DNA of 28,150 nucleotides from Candidatus Woesearchaeota archaeon (GTDB lineage: Archaea > Nanobdellota > Nanobdellia > Pacearchaeales > GW2011-AR1), in NCBI GenBank assembly GCA_964638995.1, contig CAZXCF010000002.1, positions 1-28,150 of the forward strand, in the 5' to 3' direction. Every line of letters starts with the position of its first letter. Position 1 is the stretch's first letter. Both the position numbers and the translations under genes were made by a program. Of this stretch, positions 1-9,644 are shown piece after piece. The notes under the pieces were generated by a model, which was given only the letters and a program-made list of their open reading frames with translations, did not search any database and had not been told where the DNA came from.

Positions 1-27
1 CTTTTTAAGTTTTTTTTATTTATAAAT

Positions 28-2619
28 TTATTCGAAAATATTCATATCTCTATTTTCTTCAGATTTTTCAGAGTTTTTATTTTCATTTGAATTATCCTCT
101 TTTTTTTCATTTTCATAATCTGCAGAATGCATATATTCATTTTTCTCTTTCTCTGTTTCATCAATTGCTTTTTCTCCACCTAAATATTCTTCATTTGAAT
201 TTTCATCTTGATTATTTTCTTCAGATTTTTCAGAACCGTTTATTTTAGGCATGTCTCGTTCTTGATTATTATTTTTTTCATTTGGTTGGTATTGTCTAGG
301 TAGTTCCCCTCTTTCACTTAATTTTTTTTCTTCAATTTCTTTAATGTGTTCTGAAATTTCTTTTGCAACATCTGCATTAACACTAATGCTATCAATTCCT
401 TTTTCAACTAGGAATTTGACCATCTCTTTTTTTGAACCCGCTTGTCCGCAGATGCTTGTTTCGACTTTGTTTCTTTTACATACTCTTATTACATATTCTA
501 ATTGTTTCAGAATTGCAGGGTGTGTTTCATTGTATAGATGTTGAACCTTTTCGTTTCCCCTATCTAAAGCTAACATATATTGCGTTAAATCATTTGTTCC
601 AAATGAAATAAATTTTATTCCTTCGTTACATAAATCTTTTATTATTTGGATCGATGCAGGAGTTTCAATCATTACACCAGGTTTGCAATCATTGAATTCT
701 ATTTCTTTAAGTGTTTTTTTTACAAATTGTAATTCTTCTACTGAAATTAGTTGAGGAAGCAATAAACCTATTTTTGTGTTTTCTTCTGAAGAAACTCTTT
801 TTAACGCATTTAATTCTGCTTTGAGTAGTTTTGGATTTTTTATGTGAAATCTTATTCCGTGCATTCCTAACATCGGGTTTGCTTCGTCTGCTTCTGGGGC
901 GCCTTCTAAATTTTGATATTCATCTGATCTAATATCTGAAGTTCTAACCCAAATTTCTTTGAAATGTTTTCCAATTTCTTTTACCCCATTGTAAATTATT
1001 TTCTCGTACTCCGAAGTATCGTTTTTTTCTAAAAAATAGTTAGGGTGTTTTCCAGATTCAGCAATTATTCCTTCTAATCGAGTTAATCCTACCTTTTCTA
1101 ATTCTGTTTTTGCTGCTCTCGGAGCGAAAGTAGGTAAATCAACAATAACTTTTAATTGTGTTTTTGTTTGGGTTGTTACAGGAAGGATTTCTTTTTGTTC
1201 TTCTTCAGCAACTTTTCCTTTGTAAATTTTACCAGAATAACCGTCAACCGTTATTGTTTCCCCCTCCTTTAATTTTGTGGTAGCTTCGTCTGTTCCTACA
1301 ATGCAAGGAATTCCCATTTCTCTAGAGACTATTGCAGCGTGAGCTGTTAATCCGCCCTCGTCTGTTATTATTGCAGAAGATTTTTGCATTGTAACTACCA
1401 TGTCTGGATTTGTCATAGATGTAACCAAAATATCTCCCTTCTTGATTTTTTGTAAGTCCTCTAGCGATTCTACAATTTTTATTTTTCCTACCCCTATTCC
1501 AGGTGAGGCAGCCAAGCCCTTTAAAATAACTTCTCCCTTTAGTTGTTTTAGAGAAGATTTTTCAATTCTCTTTTTCATTGTCGTTATAGGACGAGTTTGA
1601 ACAATGTATATATCTGAATTTTCAACTGCAAATTCAATATCTTGAGGGGCATTGTAATGATCTTCTAATTTTTTTGAGAATTCTGCTAATTTTTTTATTT
1701 CTATATTGCTTAGAACTTGTTCATTTGATTTTTCATCTGAAAGTTTTTTAGTTATCGCTTCTCCTGAAGAGTTTCGAGTTAATGCTATTTTTTTATTTGC
1801 TATTTTTTTATCTAAAATTTCTTTATCTGGAGAAACTTCGTATTTGTCGGGAGTTATTTTTCCTGAAACAATCCCTTCCCCTAAACCCCAGACACTTTCA
1901 ATTATTACATTGTCGCTATTATAAGTAGGATCTTTTGAAAAGCTTACTCCTGATTTGTCCGAGTTGATCATTTTTTGGACAACAACTGCAAGGTAGGATT
2001 TTTCGTGTTCGAACCCTTTTTTGAATCTGTAATATGTTGCCCTTGAAGTGAAAAGTGATGCAAAACATTTTTTTATGTTCTTAAGTAGGCTTGGTTCTCC
2101 TTTTATATTTAAGTAAGTGTCTTGTTGCCCCGCAAAACTTGCTTCTGCTAAATCTTCGGTTGTTGCACTAGATCTTACTGCTACAAAAATAGGTTCTTTT
2201 CCAGTATTAAGAATGTCTAATGCATCTCCCTTTTCAAAATCATAATCCGCAGCTCCAAGATGTTCGTAAGACTCTAGAATTTCTTCTTTCATATCTTTTG
2301 GAAAAGGGGATTTTGTAATTATTTTTCTTATTTTTTGAGTAGATTCATCTAGCTGTTTCGTATCCTCATAATCTATTTTTCCTAAAATTTCACTTATTTT
2401 TTCTTTTATTCCTGCTTTTTCAATAAAATAGGAATAAGCTTGTGCAGTTACAACAAATCCTGGAGGAACTGGAATTCCTAAATTATAAATTTCTGCAAGG
2501 TTTGCACCTTTTCCTCCCGCGATTGAACCAGAGTTTTTATTTAAATCTTTAAACCATCTAACAAATTCTGTTTCAGAATTATTTTCGTTTTCATCCTCTT
2601 TTTGTTTTTCACCACTCAT
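28..2619 (-). CDS. ppsA: Phosphoenolpyruvate synthase (pyruvate, water dikinase) with acidic low-complexity N- and C-terminal tails
   Basis: AGGKGANLAE, AVRSSATTEDLAEASFAGQQDTYL, QTRPITT, phospho-His motif GGLTAHAAIVSRE, EANPMLG, SFGTNDLTQY, catalytic Cys in SICGQ. TTTATTAA lies at -29..-22. Confidence 0.96.
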   Translation of the reverse strand: MSGEKQKEDENENNSETEFVRWFKDLNKNSGSIAGGKGANLAEIYNLGIPVPPGFVVTAQAYSYFIEKAGIKEKISEILGKIDYEDTKQLDESTQKIRKIITKSPFPKDMKEEILESYEHLGAADYDFEKGDALDILNTGKEPIFVAVRSSATTEDLAEASFAGQQDTYLNIKGEPSLLKNIKKCFASLFTSRATYYRFKKGFEHEKSYLAVVVQKMINSDKSGVSFSKDPTYNSDNVIIESVWGLGEGIVSGKITPDKYEVSPDKEILDKKIANKKIALTRNSSGEAITKKLSDEKSNEQVLSNIEIKKLAEFSKKLEDHYNAPQDIEFAVENSDIYIVQTRPITTMKKRIEKSSLKQLKGEVILKGLAASPGIGVGKIKIVESLEDLQKIKKGDILVTSMTNPDMVVTMQKSSAIITDEGGLTAHAAIVSREMGIPCIVGTDEATTKLKEGETITVDGYSGKIYKGKVAEEEQKEILPVTTQTKTQLKVIVDLPTFAPRAAKTELEKVGLTRLEGIIAESGKHPNYFLEKNDTSEYEKIIYNGVKEIGKHFKEIWVRTSDIRSDEYQNLEGAPEADEANPMLGMHGIRFHIKNPKLLKAELNALKRVSSEENTKIGLLLPQLISVEELQFVKKTLKEIEFNDCKPGVMIETPASIQIIKDLCNEGIKFISFGTNDLTQYMLALDRGNEKVQHLYNETHPAILKQLEYVIRVCKRNKVETSICGQAGSKKEMVKFLVEKGIDSISVNADVAKEISEHIKEIEEKKLSERGELPRQYQPNEKNNNQERDMPKINGSEKSEENNQDENSNEEYLGGEKAIDETEKEKNEYMHSADYENEKKEDNSNENKNSEKSEENRDMNIFE
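51..234. repeat. Exact 22-bp direct repeat (51-72 and 213-234) in the ppsA 3' tail, encoding SEKSEEN twice
   Basis: tattttcttcagatttttcaga occurs twice, 162 bp apart and in frame. Confidence 0.85.
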
Positions 2620-2680
2620 ACTAAAGAGAATTATTGTTAATTAATAAAGGTTTTTGTTTGATTTTAAATTATCTAGGAAT

Positions 2681-3247
2681 TTATTTGCTTTTCTTTTTGT
2701 AAAAATTTCCTATTTTGCTTACTAAAGAAAAATTAATTCCGGCCCCCGAGAAGGAAACCTTTAATCCGTTTTTTTGGTCTTTGCTTAAGGGATAATTCAG
2801 TGCAAGATAAAGCGGAAACATTGTTTTTCCTGTGCTTGAAGCTTGAGATTTTTGTTTATAATTTTCAGGGAGCGGATTTTTATTTCCTAGTGCAATACCT
2901 GCTTCAAAACAATAAGCTTGAAGGCCTACATATCCTTTTTGATTAACTCTGTATCCTTTTTCTTCTGTTACAGGATTATTGTCAACAGTTATTTTTCCTG
3001 AGGGCAGGTATCCTGTTTTTAGTGTTAAATCATTTAGTTTATCAATTTTAATTAAAGGAAATCCCATTCCAAAAGAAATATTTTTTTCTCCATGTTTGTT
3101 AATTGAAATTCCGGGTTCAAGTGTTACCTTTTCAGTGTATTTTGGTTTTGTTTCTTTTACTTTTTCGGTTTGAGCATTTGCAATGGTAATTAATCCAGTG
3201 AATGCTAAACTCGCTAAGGTATTTTTTATTAATTTTTTACCTTTCAT
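2681..3247 (-). CDS. Hypothetical exported protein with an N-terminal signal peptide
   Basis: 188-aa ORF: basic N-terminus, hydrophobic stretch, ANA-Q cleavage-like site. TTTATAAG lies at -29..-22 of the ATG. Confidence 0.75.
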   Translation of the reverse strand: MKGKKLIKNTLASLAFTGLITIANAQTEKVKETKPKYTEKVTLEPGISINKHGEKNISFGMGFPLIKIDKLNDLTLKTGYLPSGKITVDNNPVTEEKGYRVNQKGYVGLQAYCFEAGIALGNKNPLPENYKQKSQASSTGKTMFPLYLALNYPLSKDQKNGLKVSFSGAGINFSLVSKIGNFYKKKSK

Positions 3248-3313
3248 ATTAAATTCAGAAATCTACACCTTATAAACTTTTCTATTTTGTTGTTACTTTG
3301 AAGTTACATTATT

Positions 3314-3490
3314 TCACGCTTTAATCGCACTCACAGGACATTGTTCTGCTGCTTCATTGATGCAATCTGCCTCTTTGTTTGCATCGGACTTAACTTGAGC
3401 TTTGTTTTCATCATTCATTTCAAAAACTTCCGGGCATGTTTGAGCACAAGCACCACATCCAATACATGCGTTTTTATCTACTGATACCAT
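3314..3490 (-). CDS. fdx: Small single-cluster [4Fe-4S]/[3Fe-4S] ferredoxin
   Basis: CIGCGACAQTCP and distal C...QCPVSAI. Start placed at ATG 3490 because TTTATAAA (3512-3519) is then at -29..-22. Confidence 0.93.
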   Translation of the reverse strand: MVSVDKNACIGCGACAQTCPEVFEMNDENKAQVKSDANKEADCINEAAEQCPVSAIKA

Positions 3491-3520
3491 AAGCAATAAA
3501 AAACATTTAAATTTATAAAC

Positions 3521-4543
3521 TTAACTCAAGAATTGTTTTTCTATTTCCATTCTATCAACAGTTGGATATTCTTCAATTATGCAAACACATTTAAATCTTT
3601 TTGAGATATTTTTTGAAAAGTTTGGATGAAAAACGACTCTTTGTTTTTTTATATCCATTGCAAAAGGAATTTTTTGTTTTTTGAATTCCAGCGAGATTTT
3701 TTTTAATTGTTTTTTTGATTTTGTATAAATTGCTCCCAGAATTAAAGTTCCTTCTGAAGTTATTATATCATGTTTCGTTGCAACTTTTTTTGCACGCCTT
3801 TTTACTCTTTCTGTAAATTGGATTTTGTCTTTGAACTTGGAGCTACAGTAATGGATTCTTAATTTCTTATTTTTATTCAAAATTTTTAGGGCGGTTTTTT
3901 TACTTTCTTTTACAGAATAGTCTTTGTTTATTTTCCATTTTTGTTTTTTATAATAGTCTTCATGAAGAGTAGCATATTCTAGTTGGTTCAAATTAAAAAA
4001 ATCTACTTTGTTTTTTGCATAATCAATTAGTTTTTGTATTTGCTTTTCTTTTTTTGGTAGTGCAGGGATTTCTATTCCCGTTTCTTTGAATTTTTTTGTA
4101 ATTAGTGAAATTTTATTCCAGTTTTTTTCATTTTCAATTTCTGGATGTAGCCGAATTTCATCTAAGCCTGTTTTTTGCAATTTTAATATAATTGTTTTTG
4201 TTAAAAGTTTTGGAGAGGTATAAAGATGAATATGTAAATCTTTGCCAAATTTTTTCTTTGTTGCTTTGATTATTTTTATTGTTCTAGAAATTTTTGAGAT
4301 CGGATCTCCTCCTGTTATTCCAATGCCTTTTGAATCGCTTTGTTCAATTTCTTTTAGAATATTTTTTATGCTTGACGTTTTCAATTCATTTATATGTGTA
4401 ATATCCTTGTTCTTTTTTTCTTCTGAGAGGGGGCAGTATAGACAATTTTTGGGACAAATTCCAGTTACAAATAAAACCGATTTTTTTCCCTCAAAGCAGA
4501 GTTTGCATCCTTTTGAAAGTTTGCCAAAATGTTTTTCTACCAT
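3521..4543 (-). CDS. Uncharacterised archaeal radical SAM protein
   Basis: CPKNCLYC (CxxxCxxC), GITGGDP, LHIHLYT, GLDEIRLHP. Confidence 0.88.
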   Translation of the reverse strand: MVEKHFGKLSKGCKLCFEGKKSVLFVTGICPKNCLYCPLSEEKKNKDITHINELKTSSIKNILKEIEQSDSKGIGITGGDPISKISRTIKIIKATKKKFGKDLHIHLYTSPKLLTKTIILKLQKTGLDEIRLHPEIENEKNWNKISLITKKFKETGIEIPALPKKEKQIQKLIDYAKNKVDFFNLNQLEYATLHEDYYKKQKWKINKDYSVKESKKTALKILNKNKKLRIHYCSSKFKDKIQFTERVKRRAKKVATKHDIITSEGTLILGAIYTKSKKQLKKISLEFKKQKIPFAMDIKKQRVVFHPNFSKNISKRFKCVCIIEEYPTVDRMEIEKQFLS

Positions 4544-4564
4544 TATTAATTATATTTAGTTAGT

Positions 4565-4572
4565 TTTATAAA
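4565..4572. promoter_or_regulatory. Palindromic TATA box shared by the divergent radical SAM gene and lemA
   Basis: TTTATAAA is at -29..-22 relative to both ATG 4594 (+) and ATG 4543 (-). Confidence 0.75.
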
Positions 4573-4593
4573 CTAATTCCCCCTATTTTTTTT

Positions 4594-5142
4594 ATGATTG
4601 GGTGGATCTTCTTAGGTGTTGCAGTCCTTTTTCTTATTATTTTTGCTAGTTATTACAATAGGTTTGTTGTTTTGACAAATAGAATAGATAATTCACTATC
4701 TCAAATTAATGTTCAATTAAAAAGACGTGCTGATTTAATCCCAAATTTAGTTGATACTGTTAAGGGTTTTGCTAAGCATGAAAAGGAAGCAATTAAGTCT
4801 GTTACTGAGGCTAGAAAGGCTCTTGTTTCTGCTAAAGGTGTCGAAGAAAAAGTTAGGGCCGATAATCAATTGCAGTCTGCTTTGAAAAGTATTTTTGCTA
4901 TTGCCGAAGGTTATCCTGATTTGAAAGCTAATCAAAATTTCTTGGAATTACAAAGAGAATTAACAACAACAGAAGATAAAGTTGCTTATGCTAGACAATT
5001 TTACAATGATTCTATTTTAGCATATAATAACATGTGTGAGAAATTTCCTGGAGTATTATTTGCTAAGATGTATGGATACAAAGAAAAAGAGTATTTACAA
5101 ATTCAACCGGCGGAAAAAGAAGTTGTTAAGGTTAAATTTTGA
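4594..5142 (+). CDS. lemA: LemA family membrane protein
   Basis: N-terminal TM helix, then YN.FV.L.N.ID.S.SQI.VQLKRRADLIPNLV, AIAEGYPDLKANQNFLELQ, DKVAYARQFYN. Confidence 0.96.
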   Translation: MIGWIFLGVAVLFLIIFASYYNRFVVLTNRIDNSLSQINVQLKRRADLIPNLVDTVKGFAKHEKEAIKSVTEARKALVSAKGVEEKVRADNQLQSALKSIFAIAEGYPDLKANQNFLELQRELTTTEDKVAYARQFYNDSILAYNNMCEKFPGVLFAKMYGYKEKEYLQIQPAEKEVVKVKF

Positions 5143-5196
5143 GCAGTATGACTGTAGTAATACCGCTTTTTTTAATAAAGAACAATTTTAATCCAA

Positions 5197-5913
5197 TTAG
5201 CGGATATCTTTCAATTTACCAAATTCATAAATTTTATCTTTTCCTATAACATATGTTTCAAAATTCTTTAGTTTTTCTTTTGGAATTATTTGTTTCCATC
5301 TCTCCCCTGAACGATATTCATCCGGTTCTGAACCTGCAATTAGTGGAAAAAAACTTGGAACAATGATTATTTCTTTTTTCTTATATTTTCCAATTAAGAA
5401 GCACTTGTATTTCTCTTTTTTTATTCCTTCGGGATCTTTAAGTAATATTGCAGGATGAATGTGACTCATAATTATTGTTTTAATTTTTTTATTCCAGATT
5501 TCTGGAAAGTCCCTATCCCCGTGAATGAAAGCGATATTTTCTTTTATGTAAAAATCATGATATTTCTTTTTATCTAGTTCAATTTTGTCATGATTCCCTT
5601 TGATTAAAATAATATTTTGAGATGAGACATAATCAGATAAAAACTTTAGAAATTCTCTTACTGAAATTTTTTCTCCGATTTCGAAATTAAAATGATGTTT
5701 AATATCCCCTAATAAAATTATTTTTTTTAATCCATAACCTTGTTTTTTTAGTTTTTCTAGAACTTTTTTAATTTCTTTTTTTGTATCTTTTAGCTGGTTT
5801 ATAGGGAATTTAACTCCTTGTTTGAAAAGCATTTGTTCGTAACCTAAATGCAAATCTCCGATTACTAGGAATTCATGTTCCGGGATATAAAGTGTTTTTG
5901 ATAGGAATTTCAT
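5197..5913 (-). CDS. Calcineurin-like metallophosphoesterase (Lhr-associated MPE type)
   Basis: GDLHLG, GDIKH, KGNHD, HGD, SHIHP, PSF motifs. ATG 5913 follows the lhr stop by 2 nt; the ORF track starts at TTG 5922. Confidence 0.88.
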   Translation of the reverse strand: MKFLSKTLYIPEHEFLVIGDLHLGYEQMLFKQGVKFPINQLKDTKKEIKKVLEKLKKQGYGLKKIILLGDIKHHFNFEIGEKISVREFLKFLSDYVSSQNIILIKGNHDKIELDKKKYHDFYIKENIAFIHGDRDFPEIWNKKIKTIIMSHIHPAILLKDPEGIKKEKYKCFLIGKYKKKEIIIVPSFFPLIAGSEPDEYRSGERWKQIIPKEKLKNFETYVIGKDKIYEFGKLKDIR

Positions 5914-5915
5914 TT

Positions 5916-8549
5916 TTACCAATAATTCAAATCCTGATAATCAGCATAATTTTCTTTACCTTTATTAGCAATTTCTTCTGTATAAACTTTATGCATTCTT
6001 TTCAAGAATTCTTGTTTATCTTCCATTTTCATTAAATCTAAATGTCCTTGAAGTAAAATATTTAAGGCAAAAGGAGAAGGTATTTTAACATAATTAATCT
6101 CTATTTTTACTTTTTCCGAATTTATCCAATCTAAGACTTTTTTTGTTGAATTTATGTCCATTAAATCTTCTAAAACTTCCCGTTTTGCTTCTTTTAGAAT
6201 TGGAAAATCTTGGGATATTTTTTTTACAGCAGATATCAAAAAATGGCTTTTCATTTGTTGTTTTTTGACTGATTTTTTAGATCCTTTATATGAGCGTAAA
6301 ATCATTAATGCTCTTGTAGCGCAATGTCTGAATCTTCTTGTTAAGATATCTGTTTTTTCAATTGCTTGTTTTAGGATTTCCTCTAAATTTTTAGAGTTGA
6401 GTTGTTTCAATGCTTTTTCTATTTCAAGATTTTTTGAGGAAATGTAAAATCCTCTGTCTGAAATTCCAATTTCTAAATCTCTTTGTCCGTATTTTCCCAA
6501 AATAAAAGCTAGAGCTCTCGATAAAACATCGTTTACACGTCTACCATACATTGAATTGACTAAAATATACTTCTTATTATCTCGCTCATCAATGTATTTT
6601 TCAATTGTAATTGTTTCCGAATCTGGAAAGTCTGCAAAGTTATATTGCTGATAAAAATAATCGTAAATTTCTTCTGCAACTTTTTTTGTTGTATATGTAT
6701 GCTGCATAATTTTTTTCATTATTTCTGTTTTCTTTTTATTTTTTTGGAACATTTTTTTTATTATTTTTCTGAATTCTCCAATTTCTAGAGCTGATTCAAA
6801 ACTTAAGGGTAGCATTTCTGAAAACCAAGAGGGGATTGTTACTGAGCGTGTTGTTTCGGGTTTTACATACAAGTTCATTCCTCGAGTGTATCGATAAGAA
6901 TATTTACTCCCTCCTAAGACAAAAACATCTCCCTTTTTCATACGGCTCATGAATGATTCATCTACCATTCCTATTTTTTCATTTGTTCCTGCAAGTTTCA
7001 CGTCTACAAAAGATTCTTCCGGAATTGTTCCGATGTTTGTCATATAAATTATTCTTGCCATTTTACCTCTTTTTCCTACTTGATTTGTTTCCGAGTCATA
7101 CCAAATTTTTCCATAAACCCAATTTTTTTCTAAGTTATATTCTCCAGATAAATAGCTTATTACAGAATAGAAATCTTGTTTAAGTAATTCCGAATAACAA
7201 TAACTTTTTCTGATTGTTTTTAATAAATTGTTTATGTTCCACGGTTTGTTAATTGCCATCCCATAGATTTGTTGGGATAAGACATCTAGCGCATTTTTTG
7301 GGAATTGGATTTTGTCTATTTTTCCTTCTAACATCTCTTTTTGGATTGTTGAACATTCTATTAAGTCGTCTCTATCAAGAACAAGGAATCTTCCTTTTGC
7401 AGTTTCATGCAATTTGTGACCTGCTCTCCCAATTCTTTGTAATGCTCTTGAAGATGCTTTTGGACTTCCAAGAAGGATAACAAGATCAATAAAACCAATA
7501 TCAATCCCTAATTCAAGAGAAGTTGAACAGACCACAACTTTTAGTTCCCCGTTTCTTAATTTTTCTTCTATTTCAAACCGATATCCTTTACTTAGAGAAG
7601 AATGGTGTGCAGCTATATTCGAATCAGTGTAATCCGTTGGAAATTTATCTTTTAGGTGATTGACGATTCTTTCTGTAGCTGCCCTTGTATTAGTGAATAT
7701 TAAGGTTGTTTTGTGTTCTTTGATTAATTTATGTAAAATAGGGTATGTTGCAGTGTAAGGATTTGCATGCTCAATTAATTTTTTTACTGGGCTTAAAACT
7801 TGAACATCTAATTTTTTGTTTGATCTCACTTTTGCGATTTCTACTTCCCTGTTTTTATCTATTCCAACTAAGAATTTTGCAACTTCGTTTAAGGGTTCTA
7901 TTGTTGCAGAAAGGCCTATTTTTGTTGGCCAGGCTTTAGATAGATTATTTAGTCTTTCCATGCTTAAACTTAGATAGGTTCCCCTTTTATTTCCTAAAGA
8001 ATGAATCTCGTCTATAATGCAATATTTTATGTCTTTGAATGCTTCTATAAATTTTTTTGTAGTTAAAATAATTGCTAGAGACTCAGGGGTTGTAATTAAT
8101 ATATGGGGAGGGTTTTTCGCCATTTTTGTTTTTTCATAAGCAGTTGTATCTCCTGTTCTTAGTCCGACACTTATTTTTGGAAGTTCTATTCCTTTACTTT
8201 TTGCTAATTTGTTGATTTCTTCTAAAGGTTCAATTAAATTTTTATGAATGTCATTACTTAATGCTTTTAGAGGAGAGATGTAAACAGAATAGACTTTATT
8301 TTCAAGTTTTCCTTCAGTTGCGAGAATTACTAAATTGTTTAAAATAGATAAGAAAGCTGTTAAGGTTTTACCTCCTCCTGTTGGAGCTGAAATTAGGGTA
8401 TCTTTTTTTTCATGGATATTCATTACGCCGAATTTTTGTGAAGGAGAAAAATCTTTGAACTTATTGAAAAACCATTCTCGAATAAGAGGGTGCAAATTTT
8501 TCTTTATTTTTGCTGTTGTTGATTGTTTTGCTAAAGATATTTTTGTCAT
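5916..8549 (-). CDS. lhr: ATP-dependent SF2 helicase, Lhr-core type
   Basis: APTGGGKT, SPLKALSND, ITTPES, IIDEIH, GLSAT, FTNTR, HHSSL, TSSLELGID, QRIGRAGH, IPSWFSE, SPFA. Confidence 0.95.
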   Translation of the reverse strand: MTKISLAKQSTTAKIKKNLHPLIREWFFNKFKDFSPSQKFGVMNIHEKKDTLISAPTGGGKTLTAFLSILNNLVILATEGKLENKVYSVYISPLKALSNDIHKNLIEPLEEINKLAKSKGIELPKISVGLRTGDTTAYEKTKMAKNPPHILITTPESLAIILTTKKFIEAFKDIKYCIIDEIHSLGNKRGTYLSLSMERLNNLSKAWPTKIGLSATIEPLNEVAKFLVGIDKNREVEIAKVRSNKKLDVQVLSPVKKLIEHANPYTATYPILHKLIKEHKTTLIFTNTRAATERIVNHLKDKFPTDYTDSNIAAHHSSLSKGYRFEIEEKLRNGELKVVVCSTSLELGIDIGFIDLVILLGSPKASSRALQRIGRAGHKLHETAKGRFLVLDRDDLIECSTIQKEMLEGKIDKIQFPKNALDVLSQQIYGMAINKPWNINNLLKTIRKSYCYSELLKQDFYSVISYLSGEYNLEKNWVYGKIWYDSETNQVGKRGKMARIIYMTNIGTIPEESFVDVKLAGTNEKIGMVDESFMSRMKKGDVFVLGGSKYSYRYTRGMNLYVKPETTRSVTIPSWFSEMLPLSFESALEIGEFRKIIKKMFQKNKKKTEIMKKIMQHTYTTKKVAEEIYDYFYQQYNFADFPDSETITIEKYIDERDNKKYILVNSMYGRRVNDVLSRALAFILGKYGQRDLEIGISDRGFYISSKNLEIEKALKQLNSKNLEEILKQAIEKTDILTRRFRHCATRALMILRSYKGSKKSVKKQQMKSHFLISAVKKISQDFPILKEAKREVLEDLMDINSTKKVLDWINSEKVKIEINYVKIPSPFALNILLQGHLDLMKMEDKQEFLKRMHKVYTEEIANKGKENYADYQDLNYW

Positions 8550-8733
8550 TTTGAGTTAATTGGTTTTAAATTTTTCTTTGAATTTTGAACGGAATTTTAA
8601 TAATTGTCCTTGATTAAATTTGTAAGGACATTTAATTTTTTAGAAACCTCTTAACGAATTATATAAAAAAATATTTGTATTTAAGGGTTTTGGTTTGAAA
8701 TAAACTTAAAAACTCATTTCTCCTTTCCGTTTT

Positions 8734-9612
8734 ATGCAAAGAGTAGATTTCAGGGATCAAATTTCAAAAAATAAAAGAAAATCATTTTTCCTAATTTTAT
8801 TAGTCGTGTTAATTATTATTGCTTTGGGTTATGCTGTTTCAATTGCATTTTCGTCTGTTGATTTTTTTGTCATGATGGCCATCGCAAGTGTTATTGCTAT
8901 AATCTATGTTTCTGTTAGTTATTATAATTCACATAAAATTGCTATCGCAAGTGTGGGGGCTAAACTTGCTAAACAATCAGAATATAAATTATATCACGAT
9001 ATTGTAGAGGGATTGACAATTGCTTCAGGATTGCCAAAACCTAAGCTTTATGTTATGGATTCTCATCAGATTAATGCTTTTGCTTCTGGCCGTGATCCCG
9101 AACATGCAGTTATTTGCGTTACAAAAGGTTGTTTAAATAAATTAGATAGAAGAGAACTAGAAGGTGTTTTAGCCCATGAGTTAGGGCATGTAGGAAATTA
9201 CGATATTAGATACGCAACTTTAGTGGCAGTTTTGGTTGGAATGATCTCTATTTTTTCACAGATATTTTTGAGAAGTTTATGGTTTAGAGGTGGAGGAAGT
9301 AATGAAAATCGAAATGTTATTTTTATTGTTATTGCAATTGTTTTAGCTATTCTTGCTCCGATTGTAGCTTATTTTGTTCAGATGTCGATTTCTAGAAAAC
9401 GTGAATATGGGGCAGATGCAACCGCAGTAAAATTTACTCGATATCCTGAAGGTTTGATTGGAGCTTTGAAAAAAATAAAAAAAGATCATACTCCAGCTGA
9501 AAAAAAAGTAAGTAAATCTGTTGCTCCTTTATTTTTTAGTAACCCTTTCAAAGGTGCGAGCAGAAGTCACCCTCCCATTGATAAAAGGATTGAAACTTTA
9601 AAAAATATGTAA
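8734..9612 (+). CDS. htpX: HtpX-like M48 zinc metalloprotease
   Basis: INAFASG, zincin motif AHELGH, SRKREYGAD, C-terminal SHPPIDKRI, several TM segments. Confidence 0.94.
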   Translation: MQRVDFRDQISKNKRKSFFLILLVVLIIIALGYAVSIAFSSVDFFVMMAIASVIAIIYVSVSYYNSHKIAIASVGAKLAKQSEYKLYHDIVEGLTIASGLPKPKLYVMDSHQINAFASGRDPEHAVICVTKGCLNKLDRRELEGVLAHELGHVGNYDIRYATLVAVLVGMISIFSQIFLRSLWFRGGGSNENRNVIFIVIAIVLAILAPIVAYFVQMSISRKREYGADATAVKFTRYPEGLIGALKKIKKDHTPAEKKVSKSVAPLFFSNPFKGASRSHPPIDKRIETLKNM

Positions 9613-9644
9613 AGTTTATAAATCTCTTTTCTTTATGTTTTTTT

